Assembly (NCBI GenBank): GCA_023267655.1
Contig: JAHFMV010000003.1
Location: forward strand, 16,522 to 80,521
Reading direction: 5' to 3'
DNA from: Candidatus Kaiserbacteria bacterium
GTDB lineage: Bacteria; Patescibacteriota; Minisyncoccia; Phycocordibacterales; UBA2100
DNA length: 64,000 nucleotides
This document shows, one piece after another, positions 46,059 through 55,125 of this stretch; position 1 is the stretch's first letter; each line of letters begins with the position of its first letter. Below the pieces are notes generated by a model, which was given only the letters and a program-made list of their open reading frames with translations, searched no databases and was not told the origin of the DNA. The translations under genes and the position numbers were made by a program.

Positions 46059-46895
46059 ATGAAACGCGGCGCACGACTCGGACAACATTTTTTGAACGCG
46101 GTATGGGTCGCGCGCGATCTTGTTGCTGCCGTCGCACCACGTCCTCATGACATCATCGTCGAGGTCGGCCCGGGTCGCGGGGCTCTTACGGAAAAGTTGC
46201 TTGCGACGGGAAATATGGTTGTCGCCATTGAAAAAGACGAGACGCTCGCTGCATTTCTCCTTGAAAAATTCGCGAATGAGATCGCAAACGGAAAACTGCA
46301 CCTCATGCAGGGAGATATCCGCGATGGCGATACGTACGACGTACTTGCCGGGCGTCCGTATGTCGTTGCAGCGAACATCCCGTACTACATCACCGGCGAG
46401 ATCATCCGTGATTTCCTTACGGCCGCGCATCAGCCACAGAAGATGGCGCTCTTGATACAAAAAGAAGTCGCGGACCGTATTGTTGCGCGTGACAAAAAAG
46501 AGAGCATTCTCTCGCTTTCGGTAAAAGCATATGGAGAGCCTTCCATCGTCGCGAAAGTACCGGCTGGCTGTTTCAATCCGCCACCGTCTGTGGATTCGGC
46601 AATTCTCTTGGTAAAAAATATCTCGCGAACATTTTTTGCGGATATTTCGGAAGAGACGTTTTTTGCCGTTGTAAAAGCGGGATTTGCATCAAAACGCAAA
46701 CAGCTTGGAGGAAATTTGGGAAAGGTATTTGGCGAAGTCGCGCTCGGCGCACTCGATGCGTGTGCTATTTCGCCGCGTATCCGCGCAGAAGACCTCTCGC
46801 TCGACGAGTGGCAACGCCTGACGACATCTATCAGCGCGATACCCCTAGAAAATCAATATGTTTCCCCGGAATCACCGCAACCGGAAAAAGACTGA
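46059..46895 (+). CDS. rsmA: 16S rRNA (adenine1518/1519-N6)-dimethyltransferase
   Basis: LGQHFL...VVEVGPGRGALT SAM-binding motif and KsgA fold pattern. Confidence 0.85.
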   Translation: MKRGARLGQHFLNAVWVARDLVAAVAPRPHDIIVEVGPGRGALTEKLLATGNMVVAIEKDETLAAFLLEKFANEIANGKLHLMQGDIRDGDTYDVLAGRPYVVAANIPYYITGEIIRDFLTAAHQPQKMALLIQKEVADRIVARDKKESILSLSVKAYGEPSIVAKVPAGCFNPPPSVDSAILLVKNISRTFFADISEETFFAVVKAGFASKRKQLGGNLGKVFGEVALGALDACAISPRIRAEDLSLDEWQRLTTSISAIPLENQYVSPESPQPEKD

Positions 46896-47190
46896 TGACA
46901 CAGTAGTAGTTGAATGATGCTTGGCCTGCCACCCACTGCCCGGTCCGCCATACGTGGCCGTTTTGATACATCCGCGTAAGTGGGGTGAGGATGTAGTTGC
47001 CACCTTTTGGTGGCCCGACCCGTATGAACGAGACATTATTCCCACACTTGCAGACGCCGGGGACTCCCGGAATCACGGTTCCGAGCGGACACACGAAGGG
47101 GAGGATCGGTCCGCCGAAGTTTTCGAGCGCTTGTAGGGACGTGGGGATAAGAAGCAGGCAGACGCCGAGTACGAGGTATCGTAGGTTCAT
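46831..47190 (-). CDS. small secreted protein, paralog A of a tandem pair
   Basis: Signal peptide MNLRYLVLGVCLLLIPTSLQA, then a domain alignable with 47406-47732: FGG.I...C...I.GPP.GG.YI.TP.T..YQ.G...TGQW..G.AS..YYCVIS.FPV.V.PG.HID; internal ATG 47188-47190 preferred. Confidence 0.45.
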   Translation of the reverse strand: MNLRYLVLGVCLLLIPTSLQALENFGGPILPFVCPLGTVIPGVPGVCKCGNNVSFIRVGPPKGGNYILTPLTRMYQNGHVWRTGQWVAGQASFNYYCVISLFPVAVIPGKHIDFLGVSR

Positions 47191-47369
47191 GCTATGTATT
47201 TTAGCATTGAAAAATCTTGAGCAAGGCTCTTCGCCCACTGACTCCGGTACGGATAATCTCCGGCCGAGTTCTGCGAACGGCCACACATAAAATTCGCGCC
47301 GTCGCGCGAATTTTTGTGCAGCCCCCGGCTCGCACCCGCATCTGCTGACGCGGGTCCCGCTACGCCCGT

Positions 47370-47416
47370 CCAGCCTAGTAGAAAAGAGTGCCCCGCACTC
47401 TTTTCTCACTGGCTGG
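47370..47416. other. ~21-bp near-perfect hairpin (ccagcctagtagaaaagagtg-ccccg-cactcttttctcactggctgg) between the two paralogs
   Basis: Read directly from sequence. Confidence 0.45.
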
Positions 47417-47732
47417 ACCCCATCATATCAATATGCGTCCCGGGCCAGACGATCACGGGGAAGATCGAAATAACACAATAGTAGGGTGCGCTCGCGAGAC
47501 CGAGGAGCCACTGGCCGGTGTGGCGCGGCGGACCGAATTGATAGGTCTTTGTCGCGGGTGTCCAGATATACGGACCTCCGCGCGGCGGGCCGATCGCGGC
47601 ATAGATTGCATTGTTGTAGCACGGCTTGATCGTCCCGATCGCACCGCCAAAGGGAAATGCGTACGTAACAAAGGGAACACACAAGAGAAGGATCGTCGCG
47701 GCTGACACAACACTGAAACGCATCTGCATCAT
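47406..47732 (-). CDS. small secreted protein, paralog B of the tandem pair
   Basis: Signal peptide plus shared ~90-aa domain (see 46831-47190). Confidence 0.5.
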   Translation of the reverse strand: MMQMRFSVVSAATILLLCVPFVTYAFPFGGAIGTIKPCYNNAIYAAIGPPRGGPYIWTPATKTYQFGPPRHTGQWLLGLASAPYYCVISIFPVIVWPGTHIDMMGSSQ

Positions 47733-47778
47733 GTGTGTATTCTACCACCGCGCGATCAGGGCGCGGTATACTGTGCAC

Positions 47779-48738
47779 ATGCCCCCCAGCCACGAGTACC
47801 CCATAGCGCCAACTCCAGTTGCAGAAGTTGTGGCCGCAACACCACCCGTAGAAAAAAAGGGCTGGGTGCACCGTCATTCGTATCTCACCGCCGCACTCGG
47901 AACTTTTTTTCTCATCGTTCTCGTGGTTCTGATCGTCGCAGCGCGCAGCGGCGTCTCTGGTTCTGATAATGCAAACAACTGGGTCGGCGCAGGTAGCGTC
48001 TTTTTCACCGGCGGTCGCAATTTGACACAAGAAGACCGAATGAAAGCTGAGACAGCGGTGAAGCAACAGTCACCAGAAACACAGCTTGGGTATATCCCGC
48101 TCCCGACCAACGCTGCCACAGCAGGGGGAAATGACTTCGGGAATGATTTGACCGCGCTCCTCGCGCAGCTAACGCAGCCAACAAAGACATCGGCGGGGGG
48201 TGGTGTGGACGCGAGTGTCGGTAGCGCCTTCTCCTTCATCCCGCAAGGCTTTATCAGCACCAATTCGAGTGGGAAGAAACTCACCCGCGACCAAGAAGCG
48301 CTCCAGGCATACGGTAACGAGCTTGGAACCTACATTCAAGGGTATGAAAGCTTGCACGGAAACTCCGCACAAATGCTCAAAGACCAAGCGGAAGACCGTA
48401 CCAATTCCGATAAGGCGATGCAAGTGAAGAATCTTGGCTACGACATGGCAGCGCTCGGGAGAGACATGCTGCAAATGACCGAGTTGCCGGATAGCGTGAA
48501 GGCGGCGCACCAGGCGCTCGCGACCTCGTATCGCATCGCGGGGACGAATTTGACGAAAATTCCTGATGCAAAGACAGATCAAGAATTCCTCGATGCTATT
48601 GCTGGATACAACGAGAGCGTCGAGTCGCTCTCGAAGCGATTTTTTGTGATGGTTGGCATCTTCAGTGCCAACAATGTTACGTTTTCATCATCGGATCCGG
48701 GCAGTATCTTCATGTTTAATCCGAATCTTTCACTGTAG
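47779..48738 (+). CDS. hypothetical membrane-anchored protein (319 aa)
   Basis: Internal ATG 47779; TM LTAALGTFFLIVLVVLIVAA. Confidence 0.4.
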   Translation: MPPSHEYPIAPTPVAEVVAATPPVEKKGWVHRHSYLTAALGTFFLIVLVVLIVAARSGVSGSDNANNWVGAGSVFFTGGRNLTQEDRMKAETAVKQQSPETQLGYIPLPTNAATAGGNDFGNDLTALLAQLTQPTKTSAGGGVDASVGSAFSFIPQGFISTNSSGKKLTRDQEALQAYGNELGTYIQGYESLHGNSAQMLKDQAEDRTNSDKAMQVKNLGYDMAALGRDMLQMTELPDSVKAAHQALATSYRIAGTNLTKIPDAKTDQEFLDAIAGYNESVESLSKRFFVMVGIFSANNVTFSSSDPGSIFMFNPNLSL

Positions 48739-48776
48739 TGAAGATTTGCTGAAAAAGGGAGTGGTATACTTTCTAC

Positions 48777-49631
48777 GTGCGCTTACTTATGCGTGGGTCA
48801 TCGCCCATTCTTGTTACGGCCGCACTTTCACTTGCGGTCTTACTTCTCGCTCTTGGCGTGCACCTTGGTGCACGTGCGCATACGGCGCGCGCTATCATCG
48901 ATCCAAACCGCGCACTTGCGACACTGCCGACGTATCTCACGATCGATGATCGAAACGGCAACGGTATTCCTGATTGGCAAGACGAACTCACCCACAGTGG
49001 TATCGCTGCGAGCACGAGCACCGATTCAAACACTCTCGCTACTGCGGATCCGCTCACAGCACTCGCCAATCAAGTCGCGGGCGCACTCTATGGCGGATAC
49101 CTCTCGCTTAAACAAAACGGTGAATACTCGTCTGCGCGCGCAGCAACGCTCGGGACAAACATCGCGACAAACCTCCAAGCGCCGGATACGTTCGTTCCGC
49201 ACACGGTGGACGACCTCACGATCGACGAGGACACGACAGAGGCGCGCATTTTAAAATACCGCGCCGATTTGCGCGTCGCACTCGCCCCGATGGTGACTGA
49301 TGATCCGCCAGAAATTGAATACTTTGCGAGCTATGTCGTGACGAAAGATCCTTCGTGGATTACGAAACTCTCCGATGCCGCGGCGAGGTACGCAGCCGCG
49401 GAGAAAAATATGCTCACGGTGAGTGTGCCGAAAGATGGTGTGCCGGAACATTTGCGCGCGCTCAATGCGCTTGGCGCATATGCGAGCACCCTGAATCGCA
49501 TGCCGCCGTATATGAACGATACGTTCGCCTCGCTCGCCCTCTTGAAGACTTTAAACGCCGACGAAGAAGACATGCTCCGCTCGTTTGATGCCCTTGCACA
49601 ATATTATGTACGCACTGTCGCAACAAAATAA
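48777..49631 (+). CDS. hypothetical membrane-anchored/secreted protein
   Basis: N-terminal hydrophobic segment ILVTAALSLAVLLLALGV. Confidence 0.35.
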   Translation: MRLLMRGSSPILVTAALSLAVLLLALGVHLGARAHTARAIIDPNRALATLPTYLTIDDRNGNGIPDWQDELTHSGIAASTSTDSNTLATADPLTALANQVAGALYGGYLSLKQNGEYSSARAATLGTNIATNLQAPDTFVPHTVDDLTIDEDTTEARILKYRADLRVALAPMVTDDPPEIEYFASYVVTKDPSWITKLSDAAARYAAAEKNMLTVSVPKDGVPEHLRALNALGAYASTLNRMPPYMNDTFASLALLKTLNADEEDMLRSFDALAQYYVRTVATK

Positions 49632-51234
49632 ATATTTCCTGTGGGCATCGGTCGCAGCGATTGCGATCATTCTCTTTTCTGCCTCCACAGCTTTTGCGGT
49701 TGACCCCGCGGTCGGAACACCACCAACGCAAACCACACCGACACAATCATCTGGCACGCTCTCGCGCGATGGCGTGTTCGGCTGCCGCGCGGCGCAATAC
49801 GCGAACATCGGCACCTTGACCGCGATCGGCGGCGTGTATGTGCCGGTGAACGACGCTGCGGTCACGCTGAATACCGGCTATTTGGTGTATAAGGAATGTG
49901 TGCTTGATGGTGTGGTATCGGCCATCAAAAATAGCGAGGTTGCGGACTTGCAGGCCGCGGCGCAGAGGGCGACTGAGACGAGTCGCGGCGGAAATGCACA
50001 GTACTTGCGGAATTTTGAGAAAGACTTGCGGCCACAACTTGATCAAATCATCGTTGAAGCTGTCACAGCTGCAAAGTCCGGCAGTATGTGCAATGCATTT
50101 AAAAATACGGTGCCAACTGCTGTCGCCCGTAGCTACTATCAGGGCTCGCGCCAACCAGGAGACGAGCAGCTCTGCCCGTTTGTGCAATCGGACGCAGAGC
50201 GGCAAGCACTGGTCAGCGGTTCTTCACCTGTAAATTGGAGTTCATTCAACTCACTAATACAGCCGGGCGGCTACGAGATCAGCGAATACTACCTGCTCAA
50301 AGCCCAGACCGAATCGCAGATGGCAACCTATGATTACAATATTCGCGAACAGCTTGGGTGGGGAAATGGCTTCTTTCCTGCGTTTGATACCGCCTCAAAT
50401 CCGCTCGCAAAGAACGTGATCACTCCCGGCTTTACGATTGCACAATCGTTGCAACGCCTCCTCAGCGCCGGCACAGACATTCTCGTGAATGCAAATGAGA
50501 TCGACCAAGTGAATGGTGCACTGCAAGCGGGCTTACAGAGCACGATAGTCTCCGACACCATCCGCGGGCTCTCGGGTCTCGCTCGTTCGCAAAATGGACA
50601 GCCGTCGTATCTCGATCGCATGACCGCAGAGGCGTCATCTGCCGTGCGCGCAAGCGCAGTAAATGCGGCGCTTTCGATTCTCTCGGCAGCACGCCAAGTC
50701 GAGACGCTGTATAAGGCTGCAAAAGAAGCAATCGCACAGGCACTCACCGACGCCATCAATAAACTCCGTGGTGCAGAAACTACATGCTGGGGATTGATCG
50801 TGCCAAAGGTAAAAGAACAAGCAGCAAATCAGGGCATATCGCTGCGCATCGCGACCACCACCGAATTCTCACAAAAAGTCATCGACGAAAACATTCAACC
50901 GCTCGCAACCGTGACCGTGCGCGATTTGCGCATCTCAACCGACGCGCTGAATCTCATCAACCAACTCATCGCGAGCGTGACGAACACCTCATCGACCGCG
51001 GCACAGCGCGCGGCGCTCGAGCGGCTCGATAGTTTGGTCGCGAATAACCAACTGCACAGTTCGTCGGAAGCACAGACTGCACAAAAACAGAAGGATGATG
51101 TGACGACGGCGATCGGTACGCTCGTCGATTCAACCCTCAAAGATTGGGGCGATTCAACGGATACGTCGGTCGGCTGGTGCAATGTGAACAACCCCGATGT
51201 CATTACGATGTGGTTGAATAAGTGGAAAATATAG
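49606..51234 (+). CDS. secreted protein of the T4SS-like cluster (541 aa)
   Basis: Signal peptide MYALSQQNKYFLWASVAAIAIILFSASTAFA; Ala/Gln/Thr-rich; first gene of a co-directional cluster. Confidence 0.45.
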   Translation: MYALSQQNKYFLWASVAAIAIILFSASTAFAVDPAVGTPPTQTTPTQSSGTLSRDGVFGCRAAQYANIGTLTAIGGVYVPVNDAAVTLNTGYLVYKECVLDGVVSAIKNSEVADLQAAAQRATETSRGGNAQYLRNFEKDLRPQLDQIIVEAVTAAKSGSMCNAFKNTVPTAVARSYYQGSRQPGDEQLCPFVQSDAERQALVSGSSPVNWSSFNSLIQPGGYEISEYYLLKAQTESQMATYDYNIREQLGWGNGFFPAFDTASNPLAKNVITPGFTIAQSLQRLLSAGTDILVNANEIDQVNGALQAGLQSTIVSDTIRGLSGLARSQNGQPSYLDRMTAEASSAVRASAVNAALSILSAARQVETLYKAAKEAIAQALTDAINKLRGAETTCWGLIVPKVKEQAANQGISLRIATTTEFSQKVIDENIQPLATVTVRDLRISTDALNLINQLIASVTNTSSTAAQRAALERLDSLVANNQLHSSSEAQTAQKQKDDVTTAIGTLVDSTLKDWGDSTDTSVGWCNVNNPDVITMWLNKWKI

Positions 51235-51235
51235 T

Positions 51236-53458
51236 ATGCACACACTCACAACACTACGCACATCGCCGATTGCAAGACTCCTCGTCGTCATCTTCTTGTG
51301 CATGACGCTTTTCAGTCTCTCGCTTCCGATGGTGGTGTTTGCGCAGACGACAGACGATGGTTCGGGTACAGTGGCTCCGACTCCCGCGGGGTCGCAGACA
51401 CCGCCTACGGATCGTTGTGCGTGGTATAGCTCGTGGTCGAGTCCAGTTACGTGTATTTTTCGCGCACTATTTGTCGGAAGTTCCTCGGGTTTAATCTGGT
51501 TAACAGGCTGGATCCTTGGAATTGCTGGCGTGCTTTTTAATGCAGCGCTTGAATTTACGACGCAGGGATTTGATTCGCAGATTTACGCAAAAATACAAGG
51601 AGGCATTGAGGCCGTTTGGACGGCGTTTCGCGATATCGCCAATATCCTCATTATTGGAATGTTCACGTTTACCGCACTCACCATGATTCTCGGCATTGAA
51701 TCGTTCAACGCAAAGAAAATGGTCGCGAAAGTTCTCCTCATCGCCGTTCTCATCAACTTTAGTCTCCTATTCACGCGACTTGTCATTGCGTCATCGAATT
51801 TTGTCGCGGTACAATTTTACAAGGCTGCGAAATTCGACACGAGTACCTCTCTAGCATCAGCGCAATCGGTAGCTGGCCAAACATCCCCATACAATCAATT
51901 TTCTGCGGGTATTTCTGGAAAATTTGCACAATTGATGGGGGTTGCTGGGTTTAGTGATTCTGCCGGGGCGCTCTGGGAAATTGCGCAAAAACAAGACAGT
52001 GGCTTACTTGCACTTGGCCAGGGTGTCTTGACCGCATTGATTTTTACCGGAGCGGCATTGGTATTTCTCTACGCATCATTTCTCCTTATCGCGCGAGCAA
52101 TTCTTTTTGTGCTGCTACTCATAACGTCTTCATTGGCATTTGCAGCGCACTTACTGCCCAGCAAGATCACCATGGGATACGATGGTTGGAGCGCGTGGTG
52201 GAGTTCTCTCCTTAAAAACGCGGTCTTCGGCCCGATGCTACTTATCCTTCTGTGGGCAACGATCCAACTAGGTGAGGGTATACGAGCAACAAACAGTACT
52301 TTGGGATCGCTTCTTGTTGATCCCGCAAAAGGAGGTGGTATCAATGCGCTCTTCAGTTATCTCCTTATCCTCGGCATGTTGTACGCTTCAATTAAGATCG
52401 CAAGTATGTTTGCAAATAAGGTTGGTGGATTCAATTGGGCAGCTGTTGCACCAGCCTGGACAGCAAACAAGATTATGGGATTTGGGGGATTTGGTGCTCG
52501 ACAAACAGTGGGTCGAGGTGGCGCATGGGTGGATAAAACCTTGACATCCCGTGCGGCTGCCCAGCCTGACACTTTCGGCGGTAAAATGCGCCGCAGTTTG
52601 CTTCAAATTGGAGCTTCAGCCGGAGCTGCGGCCACTAAACGCGACTTTAACTTGGCAAAGACAAAAGTCGGTGCAGAGCTCGGTGCCGTAAGTGGCCTTA
52701 AGATAGGGAAAGAAAAGGCGCTCGGTGGATTCGATGGAACAGAAAAGCGACGTGCAGAAGCATTCGCAGAACAGGGTGAAAAATTCGCGAAAGCGGCGAA
52801 AGATTTGAGCGCTGATACGAAAAAACAAATTGCGTTGCAAGGTAATCCTGAACTTCGCGATCGCTCAGAACGCGCAGACGCAAACCACGGACAAGCGGAT
52901 CGAGATAACCAAGCAAATCAACAAAGGGCGATGCAGCTTGCTGACGATCATCGTCGCGCAGTTCAAAATGAGGAGACGTTACGCACGAACGTTGAGCAAT
53001 TACGTTTGGACCGACAACAAATGGAACAGGACGTCCGTGCTGGCAGGCGACAACAATCAGAACTTGATGAGCAAGATAATCGTATTCGTGATACTCAATC
53101 TCGCATCATCGATTCGAGACAACGAAATTCTACGCTCCAGAGACAAGTTGATGATGCTCGGCGTACGGCAAATGAATCTCAACAAGCATTCACTCAAGCC
53201 GCGAGAAACGTGCAGAATGTTACGAAAGAGATTGAGGATCGCTTTAGCGCAGGTGGATTTGCCGAAAATCTCGCTTATAATCGCTTGAGCAACACGCTGC
53301 TGAAGCCCGCTGACGCAAAAGATGACGCATTGGCCCAGAGAGCACGTGCGGCAACTGGCGATCGTGCCCGCAAAAAACGTTTGCGTGACGCGTTAGCAGA
53401 CGACGTTCGAGACACGACGAGAGAATTCCAACCGCCACCAGCCCCAACAAACCATTAA
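51236..53458 (+). CDS. VirB6/TrbL-like polytopic membrane protein with C-terminal charged coiled-coil extension
   Basis: At least 7 hydrophobic segments in the first 400 aa, then a 300-aa R/Q/D/E-rich region; position and topology fit VirB6/TrbL. Confidence 0.5.
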   Translation: MHTLTTLRTSPIARLLVVIFLCMTLFSLSLPMVVFAQTTDDGSGTVAPTPAGSQTPPTDRCAWYSSWSSPVTCIFRALFVGSSSGLIWLTGWILGIAGVLFNAALEFTTQGFDSQIYAKIQGGIEAVWTAFRDIANILIIGMFTFTALTMILGIESFNAKKMVAKVLLIAVLINFSLLFTRLVIASSNFVAVQFYKAAKFDTSTSLASAQSVAGQTSPYNQFSAGISGKFAQLMGVAGFSDSAGALWEIAQKQDSGLLALGQGVLTALIFTGAALVFLYASFLLIARAILFVLLLITSSLAFAAHLLPSKITMGYDGWSAWWSSLLKNAVFGPMLLILLWATIQLGEGIRATNSTLGSLLVDPAKGGGINALFSYLLILGMLYASIKIASMFANKVGGFNWAAVAPAWTANKIMGFGGFGARQTVGRGGAWVDKTLTSRAAAQPDTFGGKMRRSLLQIGASAGAAATKRDFNLAKTKVGAELGAVSGLKIGKEKALGGFDGTEKRRAEAFAEQGEKFAKAAKDLSADTKKQIALQGNPELRDRSERADANHGQADRDNQANQQRAMQLADDHRRAVQNEETLRTNVEQLRLDRQQMEQDVRAGRRQQSELDEQDNRIRDTQSRIIDSRQRNSTLQRQVDDARRTANESQQAFTQAARNVQNVTKEIEDRFSAGGFAENLAYNRLSNTLLKPADAKDDALAQRARAATGDRARKKRLRDALADDVRDTTREFQPPPAPTNH

Positions 53459-53462
53459 TTAT

Positions 53463-54077
53463 ATGTCCGACGATAAGAAAACTTTGGATGTTGAACTAAA
53501 GGAACGCTTTGCTCAACTTCCTAAAGTTGTACAAAATGCAATTACCTCAGCAGAGGTTGAAAAATTACTGCGGAGCTTGGCTGATACTCAAAAATTACAT
53601 TTGGATCAGTGGCAATCCTTGGAAAACGAAGTCATGATGGCGTTACTGGGCGTACAACCCATTGGAAATTTACAAGAAAACATCGGTAAGGAAGTTGGGG
53701 TGAGCGCTGATGTAGCTAAAACGCTCGCAGAAAATATCAACAAAATCGTCTTCGAACCCATTCGCCAAGAACTCGAACGCCAGCTAGAGCATCCGGAGGC
53801 GCAAGCGAAGCAGGTGAGTACCATTGAGGCGGCGCGGGCAGAGACGCTTGCGGGGGCGCAGCCGGCAGCCGGGAGCCAGCAGCCGGGAGCTAATTCAGAA
53901 TCCGCTCCGAGCTCCGGGCTACAGGCTCCAAGCTCGGTTCTACCGGCAACACCACCATCGCTCGTGCCTGACATAAAAGTCACGCGCCCCTCTGAATCAA
54001 CCGCCTATAAACCGGGCGAACCATCAACACAGCGCGCCGCGGTGCACGACGACCCGTATCGGGAGCCGCCACTCTAG
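53463..54077 (+). CDS. hypothetical protein (204 aa)
   Basis: ORF only; its stop overlaps the left arm of the IVS cassette. Confidence 0.4.
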   Translation: MSDDKKTLDVELKERFAQLPKVVQNAITSAEVEKLLRSLADTQKLHLDQWQSLENEVMMALLGVQPIGNLQENIGKEVGVSADVAKTLAENINKIVFEPIRQELERQLEHPEAQAKQVSTIEAARAETLAGAQPAAGSQQPGANSESAPSSGLQAPSSVLPATPPSLVPDIKVTRPSESTAYKPGEPSTQRAAVHDDPYREPPL

Positions 54078-54510
54078 GTGACAGGTTCCAGGTGTCAGGT
54101 TTTAGGGAAAATACATGGATAAAATTCGATCGTACAAAGATCTTATTGTTTGGCAGAAAGCGATTGGCGTTGTCACTGACGTGTATCTAACGACCAAGAA
54201 ATTTCCTTCAGAAGAGCGATTTGGACTTTCTTCACAAATGCAACGCGCGGCTGTTTCGATAGCTGCAAACATTGCAGAAGGACACGGGCGTGGAACACGA
54301 AGTGACTATGCTCACTTTTTGGATATGTCAAATGGCTCGGTATCCGAATTGGAGACGCTCTTCATCATTGTCAGAAAACTATCATATTGTTCGGACGAAC
54401 AATGTAGTAAAATAGAAGGACAGTTACATGAAGTTGGGAAGATGCTTGGATCTCTCCGAAGTAAGTTACGTGTTCGCCCCTAGCACCTAGAACCTAACAC
54501 CTGGAACCTA
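54074..54510 (+). other. cassette: four-helix-bundle gene bracketed by family-B inverted repeats (aggttccaggtgtcaggttttagg 54084-54107 versus cctagaacctaacacctggaacct 54485-54508)
   Basis: Arms are reverse complements at ~20 of 22 positions. The insert 54108-54484 is almost exactly the 369-bp gene. Confidence 0.7.
54115..54483 (+). CDS. four-helix-bundle protein of the 23S rRNA intervening-sequence protein family (second copy)
   Basis: MDKIRSYKDLIVWQKAIGVVTDVY...AAVSIAANIAEGHGR parallels the 7140-7508 paralog. Confidence 0.7.
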   Translation: MDKIRSYKDLIVWQKAIGVVTDVYLTTKKFPSEERFGLSSQMQRAAVSIAANIAEGHGRGTRSDYAHFLDMSNGSVSELETLFIIVRKLSYCSDEQCSKIEGQLHEVGKMLGSLRSKLRVRP

Positions 54511-54515
54511 ATTCT

Positions 54516-55022
54516 ATGCAATTCCAAGTTCCCCAGTTCATTGAGGTCGAGGACAAGATCTTTGGGCCTCTCACCTTCAAACAATTCGTCTACATCGCAG
54601 GAGGCGCCGGCTGCGGCTATCTGCTGTGGCGCGTTCTTCCTATTTACCTCGCCGCCCCCCTTATCGCCGGCGTCGTCGGCCTCGGCGCGGGGTTGGCCTT
54701 CTTCAAATACAACGGCCAGCCCTTTATCCTCGCCCTCGAGCATGGTTTTTTCTTCTTTGTACGCAGCAAGCTCTACCTCTGGAGCAATGAAGTGCGCGAT
54801 ACTACGAAAAAGAAAGATCTCGCGGCACAAATAGCCGCTCCCGCAGCACAGATTTACGTCCCGAAGCTCTCCGACGGCAAGCTGCACGAGCTCGCGTGGA
54901 GTCTCGACATCAAAGAGCGCATCGCAGGAGGAACTGCCGATGACGACGAGCGCGCAGACAGCTCACCACTGAAGGGCATCATCGCGCCCGTCCGTACCGC
55001 GCGTGAGGCGCTCATTAACTAG
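54516..55022 (+). CDS. PrgI-family (VirB3-like) T4SS membrane protein
   Basis: MQFQVPQFIEVEDKIFGPLTFKQFVYIAGGAG followed by two TM helices matches the PrgI family N-terminal pattern. Confidence 0.55.
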   Translation: MQFQVPQFIEVEDKIFGPLTFKQFVYIAGGAGCGYLLWRVLPIYLAAPLIAGVVGLGAGLAFFKYNGQPFILALEHGFFFFVRSKLYLWSNEVRDTTKKKDLAAQIAAPAAQIYVPKLSDGKLHELAWSLDIKERIAGGTADDDERADSSPLKGIIAPVRTAREALIN

Positions 55023-55115
55023 CCAATAGCCACTAGGTATTTGCCACTAGAAAATGCATATGAATCCAAAAATTTCCTTAATGTATTGGCCAGTGGCTAG
55101 TCGCTAGTGGCTAAT
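55017..55115. repeat. inverted pair of family-A repeats (taactagccaatagccactagg ... attggccagtggctagtcgctagtggctaat) ending 10 nt before the ATG at 55126
   Basis: Read directly; the spacer contains CATATGAAT..TTCC, also seen in the 55820-55850 spacer. Confidence 0.7.
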
Positions 55116-55125
55116 AACTATTTTT

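Noticed and set aside
44124-46460. Minus-strand ORFs of 251 and 245 aa
   Set aside because: Antisense to pcrA and rsmA respectively.
51583-51786. Short minus-strand ORFs inside the VirB6-like gene
   Set aside because: Antisense, below plausible size, no context.
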